64,000 nt of DNA from positions 96,001 to 160,000 of the forward strand of contig CAWAUV010000008.1 of NCBI GenBank assembly GCA_963785305.1, read 5' to 3'. The notes under the pieces were generated by a model that was not told the origin of the DNA, did not search any database, and was given only the letters and a program-made list of their open reading frames with translations. Shown in pieces: positions 1 through 10,743 of this stretch (positions are counted from its first letter, which is position 1; each line of letters opens with the position of its first letter). Source of the stretch: an uncultured Planctomycetaceae bacterium. GTDB lineage: Bacteria; Planctomycetota; Planctomycetia; Pirellulales; PALSA-1355. The translations under genes were made by a program, and so were the position numbers.

Positions 1-376
1 TGATTCGCGGCGAATTCTTGAGGCTGCGCGAGATGGAGTTCGTCACCGCGGCCCGAGCGCTCGGCGCCGGCGGCCGAGGATCATCTTTCGCCATATCCTG
101 CCCAATGGTCTCGCGCCGGTGTTGGTGCCGATTTCGTTTGGCATCGCCGGCGCCATTTTGATCGAAAGCGGGCTCAGCTTCCTGGGGCTGGGCACGCCGC
201 CGCCGAATCCTAGCTGGGGTTCGCTGCTCAGCGCGGCGCGCGAGAACTTGAATATGTGGTGGCTGGTCGTATTTCCGGGCGGGGCGATATTTCTCGCGGT
301 GCTCGCGTACAATCTAATCGGCGAAGGATTGCAAGAGGCGATCGATCCCCGACTCCAAGGCGGCAAACAGGCTTAA
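1..376 (+). CDS. Oligopeptide/dipeptide ABC transporter permease (OppC/DppC), 3' part; starts before the window
   Basis: EAA-like region ([15 protein letters not shown]) and C-terminal [36 protein letters not shown]; one frameshift near 75. Confidence 0.9.
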   Translation, partial: DSRRILEAARDGVRHRGPSARRRRPRIIFRHILPNGLAPVLVPISFGIAGAILIESGLSFLGLGTPPPNPSWGSLLSAARENLNMWWLVVFPGGAIFLAVLAYNLIGEGLQEAIDPRLQGGKQA

Positions 377-410
377 GAATTTTCTCGCCACGATTGCGTC
401 CCCATTGCCC

Positions 411-1561
<1,151 letters not shown>

Positions 1562-1565
<4 letters not shown>

Positions 1566-2686
1566 ACGATTCTCTCGACAATTCGCCATCGCCCATGGCC
1601 GCGGCGACCGAGCGCCGCCCGACGAACGAAGATCGTGGCGACACGATCGTCGTCGCGCGAAGCTTGCGAAAATATTTCCCGGTGCGAAAGGGATTCTTCT
1701 CGCGCGTCGTGGCGCATGTCCGCGCGGTCGATGGCGTGAGCTTCGACATTCGCCGGGGAGAAACCTTGGGGCTCGTCGGCGAGTCGGGCTGCGGAAAGAC
1801 CACGGTCGGGCGAGCCCTCTTGCGGCTGCTCGAGCCCACGTCGGGACATGTCGATATTCTCGGCCATAGTGTCACCGAGAGCCGGGGCGCCGAGCTGCGC
1901 GCCCTGAGGCGCCACATGCAGATCGTGTTTCAAGACCCCTACAGCTCGCTCAATCCGCGGCTCACGGTCCAGGCGATCATCGAAGAAGGATTGATCGTGC
2001 ATGGCATGGGCGATCGGAGCGAGCGGCAGGACCGCGTGCATGCAATGCTCAAACGCGTGGGCCTCGACCCGAGCTACGCGCATCGCTATCCGCATGAATT
2101 CTCGGGCGGCCAGCGGCAGCGAATCAGCATTGCCCGCGCCCTGGTGATCGAGCCCAAGTTCGTCGTGCTCGACGAGCCGATCTCGGCGCTCGATGTGTCG
2201 ATCCAATCGCAGATCATCAATCTGCTCACCGACTTGCGAGCCCAGTTCAATCTCACCTATCTGTTTATTTCCCATGACCTCTCGGTGGTGGAATATATTT
2301 CCGATCGGGTCGTAGTCATGTATCTGGGCGAGATCGTCGAGACCGGCGGCAGCCGCGAACTGTATCGCACTCCGCTGCATCCCTATACCCATGCGCTGCT
2401 CTCCTCGATTCCCTCGCTCGATCCCAAACGTCGCAGGTCGCGAATCGTGCTGGCGGGCGATGTTCCCAGCCCGCTCAATCCGCCGAGTGGCTGCCGATTT
2501 CATCCGCGTTGCCCGCTGGCGAAAGAAATATGCCGGCGGAAGTCGCCCGAGGAACTGCGTCTGGGCGATCACGGGGTTCGTTGTCATGTGGTCTCGGAAC
2601 ACGCCGAGCGACTTGGTCGCGAGGCGGGCCGCCTGAGCGAGCAGATCGCGGCCGACATCGCCGCCCACCCGGCATCGAGCGGCTGA
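1562..2686 (+). CDS. Oligopeptide ABC transporter ATP-binding protein (OppF/DppF)
   Basis: [39 protein letters not shown] overlap with the upstream ATPase. Confidence 0.95.
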
Positions 2687-2862
2687 GCCGGTTTTTTGGC
2701 TTGTCAAACTCTCATGAGGCCGTTCGCGTAGAATGTAAAACGTCGAGGGCCCGATGCGATTTGGATGCGCGCCTCCCTGGGCCAGATGTTCATTGCGCCG
2801 CGCCCCCCCCGGCGTCGCCGTTTCCGCAATTCTTCCCGCAAAGAAATCCGGCAGGCCCCCCC

Positions 2863-3464
2863 ATGCCCGCTCCATTTAGAGCCGTGTCTCCCGAAGGAAT
2901 CGATCGCTCGAACTGGCCGTTGCGAGCGGCTTTCGTTCGCAAGGCCGAGAGCGCCAAGTCGTTCTCGCCGCGAAACGAAGACATTCCGGGCGAGATCGAG
3001 CCGGAGATCGAACTTCTTGCCCGCTGGATGGATAGTGTGTTCGAGGTGCCGGGTCTAGGCATCCGATTCGGGCTCGACGCGATCGTGGGACTGATTCCCG
3101 GCGTCGGCGACACGCTCACCTCGCTCGCCTCGCTTTACATTTTGAACGCGGCCCGGCGCTACGGAGTGCCCCGCGTGACGATGGCCCGCATGGCGATGAA
3201 CCTGGGCATCGACTACATCTTCGGCGCCGTGCCGCTGGTGGGCGATGCGTTTGACGTGTATTGGAAGGCGAATCTCAAAAACGTGGAATTGCTGCGGCGC
3301 CACGTGCATGCGACTCGGGCGGACGAGCGCCGCGCTCGCGCGGGCGACTGGTTCTTTGTCGTGCGCTGGTGTTGGGGCTCGCGGGGATTTTGGCGACGAG
3401 CGTGGTAGCGGCATGGTGGATGATCGTGGCGCTCGCGCATTTGGTCGTGCATATCGCCGGATAA
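2863..3464 (+). CDS. DUF4112 family membrane protein (frameshift near 3365)
   Basis: LARWMDSVFEVPGLGIRFGLDAIVGLIPGVGD and GAVPLVGDAFDVYWKAN; C-terminal TM helix continues in frame 3261..3464. Confidence 0.85.
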
Positions 3465-3736
3465 GAACTGCGCCGGGCCTTCGATCGCTCGTTCGCCAAA
3501 ACATAAATAGTTGCTGTTCCTGCGCTTTTTGGCTAGAATGGAATCGCAACTGACCTGCAATGTCGCTCGACGCTCGGTTTGCGGTCGCGGGAAATTTCGA
3601 GGTGACGGCCTCTCGATTCGCTTGGCGCTGGCCGCTCGCGGGAATAATTCGCGGCAAAGCATGCGAATCGATTTAGGAAAGTCGCGCGCGGCCGGTTGCA
3701 TCGCTGGGCGTTGCTTCGATTCTCGATCTCCGTGCC

Positions 3737-4168
3737 ATGAGACCGGTCCCTACCGCCATGTCTTCGTACCCGCGACCCATCGAGCCGCCAAGAGCCTTCG
3801 CGGCGGGAGCGCGACCGGCGCGAGGCGCGGGCGCGATATATGCGCAAACCCGCAAGCCGAAGTCGACCGATGCCAAACCTTACCGGGCGACGACAGGCGC
3901 CGCTTTCTCGGCGACGCGAGTTCCTCACCAGGCCCCGCGAGCCGGGCGACGGGCGGCTGGGGTGCGGGCGGCTGGGGTGCGGGGGGCTGGGGTGCGGGGG
4001 GCTGGGGTGCGGGGGGCTGGGCTTAGACCTGGCGTGGCCTCGCTCGATGCGATGCTGCTTTTGGGCGTGATTTTGCCGCTGGCCGCTTTCATCTTGTGGG
4101 CGGGTCCGCGTATTATGAACTTGGTTTACCAGATGATTTGCTTGTTGGTGTCCTGGCCGTTCATGTGA
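3737..4168 (+). CDS. Flp-like small prepilin with long basic, repeat-containing leader
   Basis: C-terminal PG|VASLDAMLLLGVILPLAAFILWAGPRIM resembles the adjacent Flp pilin; first gene of the cluster; start uncertain. Confidence 0.55.
   Translation: MRPVPTAMSSYPRPIEPPRAFAAGARPARGAGAIYAQTRKPKSTDAKPYRATTGAAFSATRVPHQAPRAGRRAAGVRAAGVRGAGVRGAGVRGAGLRPGVASLDAMLLLGVILPLAAFILWAGPRIMNLVYQMICLLVSWPFM
3950..4021 (+). repeat. 15-bp G-rich tandem repeat (cggg[c/g]ggctggggtg, about 4.8 units)
   Basis: Units start at 3950, 3965, 3980, 3995 and 4010 (partial). Confidence 0.95.
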
Positions 4169-4350
4169 TTTCGTTTAGAATAGTAGCTGCCGCCGCGCGC
4201 GTCTGGCGGCGCGGTCGATTCCATTCATTTCATCGCTCGAGCGCGGCGCGGTCCGCCCGCGAGCGGTTCCCAGCATTGTCTGGCACGGGCGGTTATCTGG
4301 CCCCGGCGGCCCGATGACCGGCATCGGTCAGAAGAACGAGAGAGCAAGCC

Positions 4351-4608
4351 ATGCTTCAACGAGCTTTTTCACGAACAGGTTCATTACGAACAGGATCGCC
4401 GCGTGGAGGCTCCCTGCGGAAATTGTTTGCCGATATCCATCGCGACGAGCGCGGCGCCGTGAGCCTGGAGACGATTCTCGTCGTGGGCGTGATCGCGCTG
4501 CCGATTCTGATCTACTTGATCAAAGTCGGCTGGCCGCGAATTAAGACCTACTTCACGACCGGCATGACGAACCTGGAAAATGGCGCGAACAATGCTGTCA
4601 ATAATTAG
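4351..4608 (+). CDS. Flp/Fap type IVc major pilin
   Basis: DERG|AVSLE cleavage motif with E+5, hydrophobic helix, mature peptide about 50 aa, followed by an A24 peptidase. Confidence 0.8.
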   Translation: MLQRAFSRTGSLRTGSPRGGSLRKLFADIHRDERGAVSLETILVVGVIALPILIYLIKVGWPRIKTYFTTGMTNLENGANNAVNN

Positions 4609-4737
4609 GGGGCTGTCGATAATTAAGGGGCCGTCGATAACCGCGGGGCCGTTTAAAGCCGAGGAACAGTTAAAAGCCAAGAGGCAATCGAACATCAAGG
4701 AGCCATGCGCAACCAAGCGGCAATCGACGCGTGATCG
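4594..4737 (+). repeat. Degenerate 18-bp period tandem array (8 units)
   Basis: gctgtcaataattagggg / gctgtcgataattaaggg / gccgtcgataaccgcggg / gccgtttaaagccgagga / acagttaaaagccaagag / gcaatcgaacatcaagga / gccatgcgcaaccaagcg / gcaatcgacgcgtgatcg. Confidence 0.7.
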
Positions 4738-4776
4738 GTCCGTTGGTCCGAACTTCATGAGAGCGGGAGACACCGC

Positions 4777-5385
4777 ATGGCGGTCGCCGCGCTCCTGGTG
4801 ATCTTGGTCGCCGTGGCCACGTATACCGATCTCCGCTGGCGAAGAATCTACAACAAGCTTACGTATCCGGGCATTCTCGCGGCGCTGGCGCTCAATGCCG
4901 CCGGCTCGCTCGCCGAGCGCCGTGCTGAAGCGGCCGGGATCGGCGCCGTGGAAAAGCTGGCTGCTTGGCGAGAGGCGATCGGATGGGTGGGGCTCGCCGA
5001 TAGCGCTTGGGGACTGGTGGCCTGCGGCGGGTCGATGGTGCTCTGTTATGTGCTGTTTCGCATCGGTGGGGGTGATGTCAAGCTGCTGGGCATGATCGGC
5101 GCCTTCCTGGGTTTGGATCGTGGCGTCGAGACGTTGCTCTGGACTTTCGTCGTCGGCGCCGGCGTGTCGCTTGTGTTGTTGATCTGGCGCGTGGGCGCGT
5201 GGCGGCTGGTGGGCCGATTCGCCAGACAACTGTCGTGGATACTACGGATTGCGTACTGGGGTCCGCTGACCAGTGAAGAACGCCGGGAACTCGAAGCGCC
5301 GCTCTTTCTCGCGCCGCAGCGCTGGCGGCGCTGGGAATCGTGCTGGCGAGCCGCCACTGGGGCTGGTATTGATCGCTCGCATTAA
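4777..5385 (+). CDS. Prepilin peptidase, A24 family (TadV/CpaA-like)
   Basis: ATYTDLRWRRIYNKLT and IGGGDVKLLGMIGAFLG catalytic Asp motifs; multiple TM helices. Confidence 0.9.
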   Translation: MAVAALLVILVAVATYTDLRWRRIYNKLTYPGILAALALNAAGSLAERRAEAAGIGAVEKLAAWREAIGWVGLADSAWGLVACGGSMVLCYVLFRIGGGDVKLLGMIGAFLGLDRGVETLLWTFVVGAGVSLVLLIWRVGAWRLVGRFARQLSWILRIAYWGPLTSEERRELEAPLFLAPQRWRRWESCWRAATGAGIDRSH

Positions 5386-5405
5386 ACGCGTCTGAGGCAA
5401 GATTC

Positions 5406-6401
5406 ATGCATCGCGGCGCCGTGCTCCATGTGTTGCCGTGGCTGCTGCTCGTCGTGGGGCTGGCGATCGCGCTGCGGCTACTGACGCGATTGGCCGGCGG
5501 AACTTGGGCGCCCAGCGATTCCGCTCGCTCCACGCCGATCAGTCGGGCGCCGTGCAGACCTTGAGCTTCGTGCTCACCCTGCCGTTTTTTGTCATGACCC
5601 TCATGCTCATGGTGCAGGCCGGCCAGTTGATGCTGGCGCAAATGGTCGTGGAATACGCGGCCGTGGCCGCCGCGCGGTCCGCCATTGTGTGGATTCCCGC
5701 CGCCACGCCCACCATCGGCGAAGGTCCGAACTGTATTAGTTCGTATTCCGTGGCTCAGAATCAAACCGGAACCGGCGGCGGCACGGAATACCTCATTCAG
5801 CCGGGCAGCCCCAAGTACGCTCGAATTCTCAACGCCGCCGTGCTCGCCTGCGCCGATCAGCCCCTCGCGACCGATCGCCGGCGTGAACACAACCGCCGTG
5901 GGCGGGCTCAACACGGTGGTCAACCATGCCTATGCGAAACTCGCGCCGACATCCTACAACCAAAACTCCGTGATTGCCCAGCGACTGCTCAACAAATTGG
6001 CCTACAGCGCCGCGGCCACGAATATTCAGATCACGTTCGTGCATCCGTCGCAGTCGATCGAGCCGCCGCTGGCCACCTGGGACGTTGGCGATGATATCTA
6101 CGAATATCGCTCCAATGAGCTCGGCTTCCAAGATTCGGTCACGGTCACGGTCACGCACCAGTTGGCCCTGCTGCCTGGCCCTGGCCGATTGCTGTTCACT
6201 CCCACGACCTCGTATTCCAGCGCCGGCGCCTCGTCGAGTTCCGACGGCCCCGGCGGCGGAATGGTTCCCAGTGGCGCGCCCGATCAGGTGGCGGCGAGCA
6301 TTCAGCAAAACGGCGGGCTCTATACCTACACGCTTACCGCCGCGACCACATTGATGCTCGAAGGCGAAAAACCGGTGCTCGAATATGTCTACAATCCTTG
6401 A
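5406..6401 (+). CDS. TadE/TadG-like minor pilin (frameshifts near 5505 and 5850)
   Basis: LHADQSG|AVQTLSFVLTLPFF..VEYAAVAAARSAIVW TadE-like motif; continues in frame 5685..6401. Confidence 0.75.
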
Positions 6402-7860
6402 ACCACGCATCGCCGCGGGGCTGCTTGCCCGGCTGCATCGCGACCAGCGAGGCACGATGAGCATCGTGTCGGTCTTCGCGTTCATGATCCTAGCGATGCT
6501 GCTCGGCATGGTGATGAATGTCGCCTATCAGGTCGACGGCAAAGTCAAAATGCAAAACGCCGCCGACGCCGCGACCTATTCGGGCGGCATCGTAATTGCC
6601 CGGGGCATGAACACGCTAGCCTTCATGAACCATTTGCTCTGCGATGTATTCGCCACGACCGCCATCTTGCGCGAGGGCGCGATCGCAATGCCCAGAGCCT
6701 GACGCCCGACATTCTGGCGGCTTGGAGCACCGTGGCGCCCAGCTTTAGTCAGGCGCCGATTCCGAAGCTCGCGGCGCTGGGACCGGCCATTTCGCAAAAA
6801 GTTCCCATGGAACGGCAGATGGTCGATTCGTACAGCGATTGGATCGGCGCGATGTCGGACAGCGTGTTGCCGACATGGGAAATGATCTTGGCCCAGGAAT
6901 TGATTCCCAAGTTCGAGCGCAGCGCTCACCGCCGCCACGCCGCGGCTCTCGCAGCTCGCGGCCAATGAAATCACGCGACAGCACGGTCAATTGCACACGA
7001 CGACGAGCGGCGCCACGAATTCGCCGCGGGGCGTGATGCAGGCGGCCCTGTGGCGCACCAGCGGGCAAGCCGTGGGCGGCGATGGCGAGACCGCGCTACG
7101 AACGCTGCCGGTGATCGATCCCGAGCTCGATCAATCGGCGAATCAAGCCGCTTACATGAACGCCGCGCGCCACGAGCGCGACCACATAGCCCATGCCTAT
7201 CTGCGGCAGTGGAACAGCAAAATGATGTCGGCCTTCGACTCGCTGGCCAAGATGTCGCAGTTTGGCTCGCTGTGGCGCGGATTCACATGCGGCCAGCTCA
7301 ATAAGTTGCTCAATCAGGATTACCCCACGACGAATTTGCCCTTCCAGCTTCGGGCCGCCAATGGCCCTCAAGACAACAACTATCTCGAGCAAGACTATCA
7401 TTTCGTCGGCGTGGCGTATTGGCCGCCGGTCCCGGAGATATTGCCGGGGCTGTTTACAAACCCCGATCCCTCGAGCAGCCAGACCTTCGCCGAGATTCTG
7501 CTCTATGTGCCGCGAAATCGGCTCGTGTGGGGTTACACCTCGAACACGACCTCGAATCCCGGAATTTCGATCGGCGGCGTGCCGGGCAATATCGCCACCC
7601 TGCCCGGCAGCGGCGGTCCGCCCACCAACACCGGCGGCGGCGGCGCCAACACCCGACAAGTCGTTCGCCAGGGCAAGGACACGCGCTGGAGCCTGATGAA
7701 TCAAAGCTGGACCGTCAAACTCGTGCCGGCCGTGAGCACGAACATCCCGGTGATTCTGTCGACGCCCCCGCCCATGTACGCTCAGGGCGCCCAGCAACCA
7801 CAAGTTCCCTCGCTCGGCCAGGGAACCGATGTGAACTGGAGCTTGCTTTACAACCACTAG
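6385..7860 (+). CDS. TadG-like pilus assembly protein (frameshifts near 6680 and 6925)
   Basis: LHRDQRG|TMSIVSVFAF..KVKMQNAADAATYSG Tad N-terminal motif; continued by ORFs 6732..6968 and 6991..7860. Confidence 0.8.
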
Positions 7861-7921
7861 CCCCCGCCCCCTTGAGCGCCGCCCCCGAGTGCTAACTGAA
7901 AACCGCAAACCGAACCCGTTC

Positions 7922-8782
7922 ATGCTCCAATCCTTCCGCCCATCATGGCCTCGCTCGCCCCGCCCCGCGGCTCGCTCTGGGCTCGCGCCGCTGGAGTTGG
8001 TGCTCGCCTTGCCGCTCTTGCTCATGGTGATGGCGCTCACGATCAACGTCGGCGTGAACGGAAGCTGGAAGGTTCGCGCGGCGATGGTGGCCCGCGATGT
8101 GGTGTGGAGCGCTCGCTGGCCGCGCTCGGGCGCCCAGACGCAGCCGGCCAATTGGCCGAACAATGCATCCCGAAGCGTGGCCCAGGGCAATTCGCTGACG
8201 GTGCTCGCCGATTCGTCGATCGATCAGCCGGTGGCCCGCGGGCAAACGATCGGCCAAGTGACCGTGAATCGCAATTTGCTCGATCCGACCACGGGCCTGC
8301 AATTGGGCCAATCCGATATTGTTCGTTCGATGGCGATGCTGGCCCAGGCGCTGCCGCCCACGCGGTTCGATCTCAAGCACCCGCTGCTCGACAATGCTTG
8401 GCAATATCAGCGGATGGGGCTCGGCAGTAACCAGCAACTTCGCGAGCCGGTGATTTATCAGTTTCCCCAAGTGAGCGGCGATCTGAATCAGGCTTATGTC
8501 AGCTCCGTGGTGGCGATCTACTCGTCGCCGCTCCAGGCCCAGTGGATGACGCTCGACCGCGATCCGCAGATACTCGCCTTCTATGGGCACTATCATGATT
8601 TCCACCCGCGGCTGCATCACTTTTGCAGCCTCGACAAGCAGTCGATTCGTCAGAATCAGGTACAGCGGCTGATCGATCATATCCAAGGCTCGACCCAGCC
8701 GAAGATCGAGAGCGTGGCGCAACGCATGATTAACTTCTTCACCAACATGTACCGGCAAATGCAACAGCAGCAGCCCCAATGA
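7922..8782 (+). CDS. TadE-like pseudopilin
   Basis: ARSG|LAPLELVLALPLLLMVMAL prepilin motif with E+5. Confidence 0.75.
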   Translation: MLQSFRPSWPRSPRPAARSGLAPLELVLALPLLLMVMALTINVGVNGSWKVRAAMVARDVVWSARWPRSGAQTQPANWPNNASRSVAQGNSLTVLADSSIDQPVARGQTIGQVTVNRNLLDPTTGLQLGQSDIVRSMAMLAQALPPTRFDLKHPLLDNAWQYQRMGLGSNQQLREPVIYQFPQVSGDLNQAYVSSVVAIYSSPLQAQWMTLDRDPQILAFYGHYHDFHPRLHHFCSLDKQSIRQNQVQRLIDHIQGSTQPKIESVAQRMINFFTNMYRQMQQQQPQ

Positions 8783-8843
8783 TGTCCGACTCTGATCGGT
8801 TTTTGGGGGGCGCCGCGTGCTTTTAGGGACCCTTCGTGATTCG

Positions 8844-9903
8844 ATGGCGCCATTCTTCAAGCCAAAGCGCTTACCCCACGCGGCGAAACCAGCCGCATCG
8901 TTCGCCACGCTCGGCCGCCGCATCACCGCCTGGACCAGCAACCTGCTCGCCACGGCCGTGGTCCTGGTCTTGGCCCTGGGCATCGGTCGCCAACTCATCG
9001 CTTGGTATCGCGTCGAGCCGGAGGCAGCCCATTCCGCGCCGCTGGATATGACCGCGGGCTCGCTCGACTTAAGCGGCGCCGATGGCAAGCCGCTGGAGCT
9101 CGAGTTCGGTTCGCTCGCCCATCAATTGCAGCGCCGGGTCGTGCATGGCTCGTGGCGCGATGCGCGACAGGCGCTCATCGCCGACTGCCGAGAACATTTG
9201 GCCGATCGGCCGCTCGGCGTCACACCGGCCGAAAGCCGGTTGCTGGCGCGTGTGCGCGCCAATGACTCCGGTGTTTCAAGGCGATGGCGGCGAAATCTAT
9301 TCCGCGCCCGAGGGCGTTCCGCTGGCGGTGGCCACGCGGTCGACGCCGGGCAAGCGATCGGGCGCCGCGCGAGACGGCCCGCGCGGCGGGTCGGGCGATT
9401 CGCTTGGCGCGACCGAGCGACGCGTGGTAGCCTGGGGATTGGCGATCCCCGCGGACGAGGATCGTTGGCATCTCTATGTGGCCCATGCTTCGGCGGGCGA
9501 AGGCGAGGCCAACGCCGGACCTCGGCCGCTCGGCTCGGGGTCCGGAGCGAGTTCGCGGCGCAACGTCGGCTCGCGGCGGAATTGGATCCCGCTACCGCCT
9601 GGCGCTCGAACCACGCTGGCGATTTCCGACGAGAGCGGCGCGGGGTTATCGGCGATCGCCGGCCCGGGTTCGCCCGCCCAATGGATTCACTTTTACCAAG
9701 AGGCGCTCGGCGGCCGCGGCTGGGGGGCGAGTGGTCCTTGGTCGTGCGACGAGCGGGGCGCGTGGCGGGCACGTTTCGAGCAAGTCCAACCGAGCGGTCC
9801 CGCGACGATCGATATTCAAATCATGCCCGATGGCCAAGGCAACCTGACGGGCTTCATCTCGGCGGCAGTCGTCGCCATTCAAACAGCGAGTGAGACGCCA
9901 TGA
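8844..9903 (+). CDS. Membrane-anchored hypothetical protein in the Tad cluster (frameshift near 9260)
   Basis: N-terminal TM helix LLATAVVLVLALGIG; stop overlaps the next ATG. Confidence 0.55.
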
Positions 9904-10661
9904 AAAGCGTGCAGGGTCTCTTGATCGCGCTCGTGCTCGGCATCGCCGGGGCGGGGCTCAATTGGTTTTATCTCGACCAGCGCTCGCGCGATGTCGAAAA
10001 AGTGCAATTCATCGGAATCGCCGAGGGGGTCACGGTGCGCCGCGGCGATCCCTTGCGCGAAGACCAGTTGGTGCCGGTCGACATTCCGCGCAACGCCGTG
10101 GGCCAGTTGCAACACTTCGCATACTACTATCGCGATCGCGCCACCGTGATCGGCCAAAGCCCCAAGCGGCAATATACCGGCGGCGAATTGCTGCTGCGGC
10201 AAGACCTGAAAACACCCCCGGCCGAGCTTAAGTTCGCCGGCGCCGATACCAGGGCGATCGGTATTCCGGTCGACACCAGCGCCATGGTCACCTCGCTGGT
10301 GGTTCCGGGCAATCAGGTGTCGTTTATCGTCGCGAAGCCGCAGGCCACGGTCGGTCTGCCCACGCCAGCCGACCCCGACGCGAGCGAGCCGACACCCCCG
10401 CCGGCGCTTGATCGCGGGAGCGGCAAGAGCGAAGTGATCGGTCCTTTCACGATTCTCTCGCTCGGCAACCGCTTGGGCACCGCCGATGTGATGGCGGCCA
10501 ATCATATTCCGGTTCAACAAGAAAACATCATGACGATCGCGGTCAAGGTGCATGGCGGCGAGCTCGACCCGCTGTTTCGCAAGCTCTGGGACCGCTTGCA
10601 GCAGACGAATTTTCGCCAAGTGGGCGTGCTCTTGCATCCGCCCAGCGAACAGAAGGAGTGA
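9900..10661 (+). CDS. CpaB/RcpC-like SAF-domain pilus assembly protein
   Basis: N-terminal TM helix, SAF-like GDPLREDQLVPVDIP..VIGQSPKRQYTGGELLLRQDL, RAIGIPVD..LVVPGNQVSFIV. Confidence 0.7.
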   Translation: MKSVQGLLIALVLGIAGAGLNWFYLDQRSRDVEKVQFIGIAEGVTVRRGDPLREDQLVPVDIPRNAVGQLQHFAYYYRDRATVIGQSPKRQYTGGELLLRQDLKTPPAELKFAGADTRAIGIPVDTSAMVTSLVVPGNQVSFIVAKPQATVGLPTPADPDASEPTPPPALDRGSGKSEVIGPFTILSLGNRLGTADVMAANHIPVQQENIMTIAVKVHGGELDPLFRKLWDRLQQTNFRQVGVLLHPPSEQKE

Positions 10662-10743
10662 GCCGGCGGCGGGCTCGATGACTGCCCGCGTTGCACTCCG
10701 GCTGGGAGTAGGTCGCGGCTATTTTATACAGTGCAAGGCGAGA

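Noticed and set aside
4594..4737. CRISPR array
   Set aside because: Contiguous degenerate units without unique spacers; no cas genes in the window.
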